NCBI GenBank assembly: GCA_963777605.1
Contig: CAVZRV010000029.1
Location: 32,001-96,000 of the forward strand
Length of the DNA stretch: 64,000 bases
Reading direction: 5' to 3'
DNA from: an uncultured Acidobacteriota bacterium
GTDB taxonomy: Bacteria > Acidobacteriota > UBA6911 > RPQK01 > JAPXNP01
The notes beneath the pieces were generated by a model. That model saw only the letters and a list, made by a program, of their open reading frames with translations, made no database searches and had not been told where the DNA came from. Of the stretch, positions 63,263-64,000 are shown in pieces (the first letter of the stretch is position 1; every line of letters begins with the position of its first letter). Position numbers and translations under genes: made by a program.

Positions 63263-63818
63263 AAGTCCAAGCTGAGTCGAATACGGTTAACACCGGGACC
63301 CACGTTCACTAATAGGTCAATAAGGCGATTGAGGTTGCATATAATAACACTTTTAATTCGGTTGTGAAGGTCTCCCGCCAGGAAATTTCCAGAAAGAAAA
63401 TCGCCCCGTGGGACAGGCCGGAGCTTGCATGGCGAGAGTCTAACACTGTTTGGTGACCTGATCAGACTGTTTTTTACTTCATTGACTCCTTCGTCAATAA
63501 GCGCTCTCTCTGGGCGGTTACCTGACGTCAAGCTGGGTCTCCTCGCCACAGGGTCAACAAAGGTCTCGAGATTTCCAACCCGGGACGATCTCTTCCCTTT
63601 TGACACATTCCAGAAACTCTTCATTCTGCGCCGGAGTTTCTCTCGTAACCTCCCCTGGAACTAGTTGGGCCGCTGTCTCCTGTCTTCTCCCGGCCGACGA
63701 ATCCCCTCAGCCAACTTCCTGGCGCTCTTCTGTTGGTATAATCCGGGTTCCGGCGCTGCATGCGCCCAAGATGAAGGAATATTCCATTGTGGCCGGTGTC
63801 CAAAGCAGCGTAGTGCGG

Positions 63819-64000
63819 GTGAATTCAAATCCCCTGCGGCGACTCTATGATTGGGTGGCCGGCCTGGCCGAGCGTCCGCAGGGAGTCTGGGCTCTTTTTC
63901 TGGTGGCATTTGCGGAGTCCTCCTTCTTCCCGATCCCGCCCGACGTGCTCCTGCTGGCCCTTGCGGTGGGGCGGCCTCGCCGCTCGTTTGTGTTCGCCGC
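63819..64000 (+). CDS. YqaA/DedA family membrane protein (partial, runs off the window)
   Basis: translated by hand from GTG 63819: MNSNPLRRLYDWV...AFAESSFFPIPPDVLL. Confidence 0.85.
   Translation, partial: MNSNPLRRLYDWVAGLAERPQGVWALFLVAFAESSFFPIPPDVLLLALAVGRPRRSFVFA

Overview
GC-rich bacterial chromosomal window, probably Acidobacteriota (inferred from the Acidobacteria-type VWA, TPR, BON and LVIVD proteins). In order it contains: (1) a minus-strand cluster with a small lmo0937-like membrane protein, a B12-binding radical SAM enzyme, exported proteins and an FtsH whose zinc motif is degenerate (REAGH); (2) an apparently leaderless MntR/DtxR operon with a second, membrane-anchored DtxR-FeoA-FeoA protein, a split FeoB and an outer-membrane barrel; (3) an MBL-fold protein, a divergent MarR/GNAT pair with two operators, and an esterase; (4) a chemosensory cassette without CheA (PAS-MCP, CheR, CheD, triple CheW); (5) an Irr/PerR-like Fur-family gene with an ICE-like box, followed by a MITE-like hairpin and a REP-like tandem repeat that recurs at about 40.7 kb; (6) BON (sigma54-type promoter), VWA, TPR, guaA, an RND pump, STAS, pruA, GH3, YbaK and GH116; (7) a cobalamin riboswitch with a BtuB-like receptor, a POT transporter and an FAD monooxygenase; (8) a rearranged alternative complex III / caa3 oxidase operon with an ActC-ActD fusion. 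Several genes carry single-base frameshifts, most simply explained as assembly errors. I found no tRNA, rRNA or CRISPR array. All calls come from reading motifs by eye; no database searches were run.
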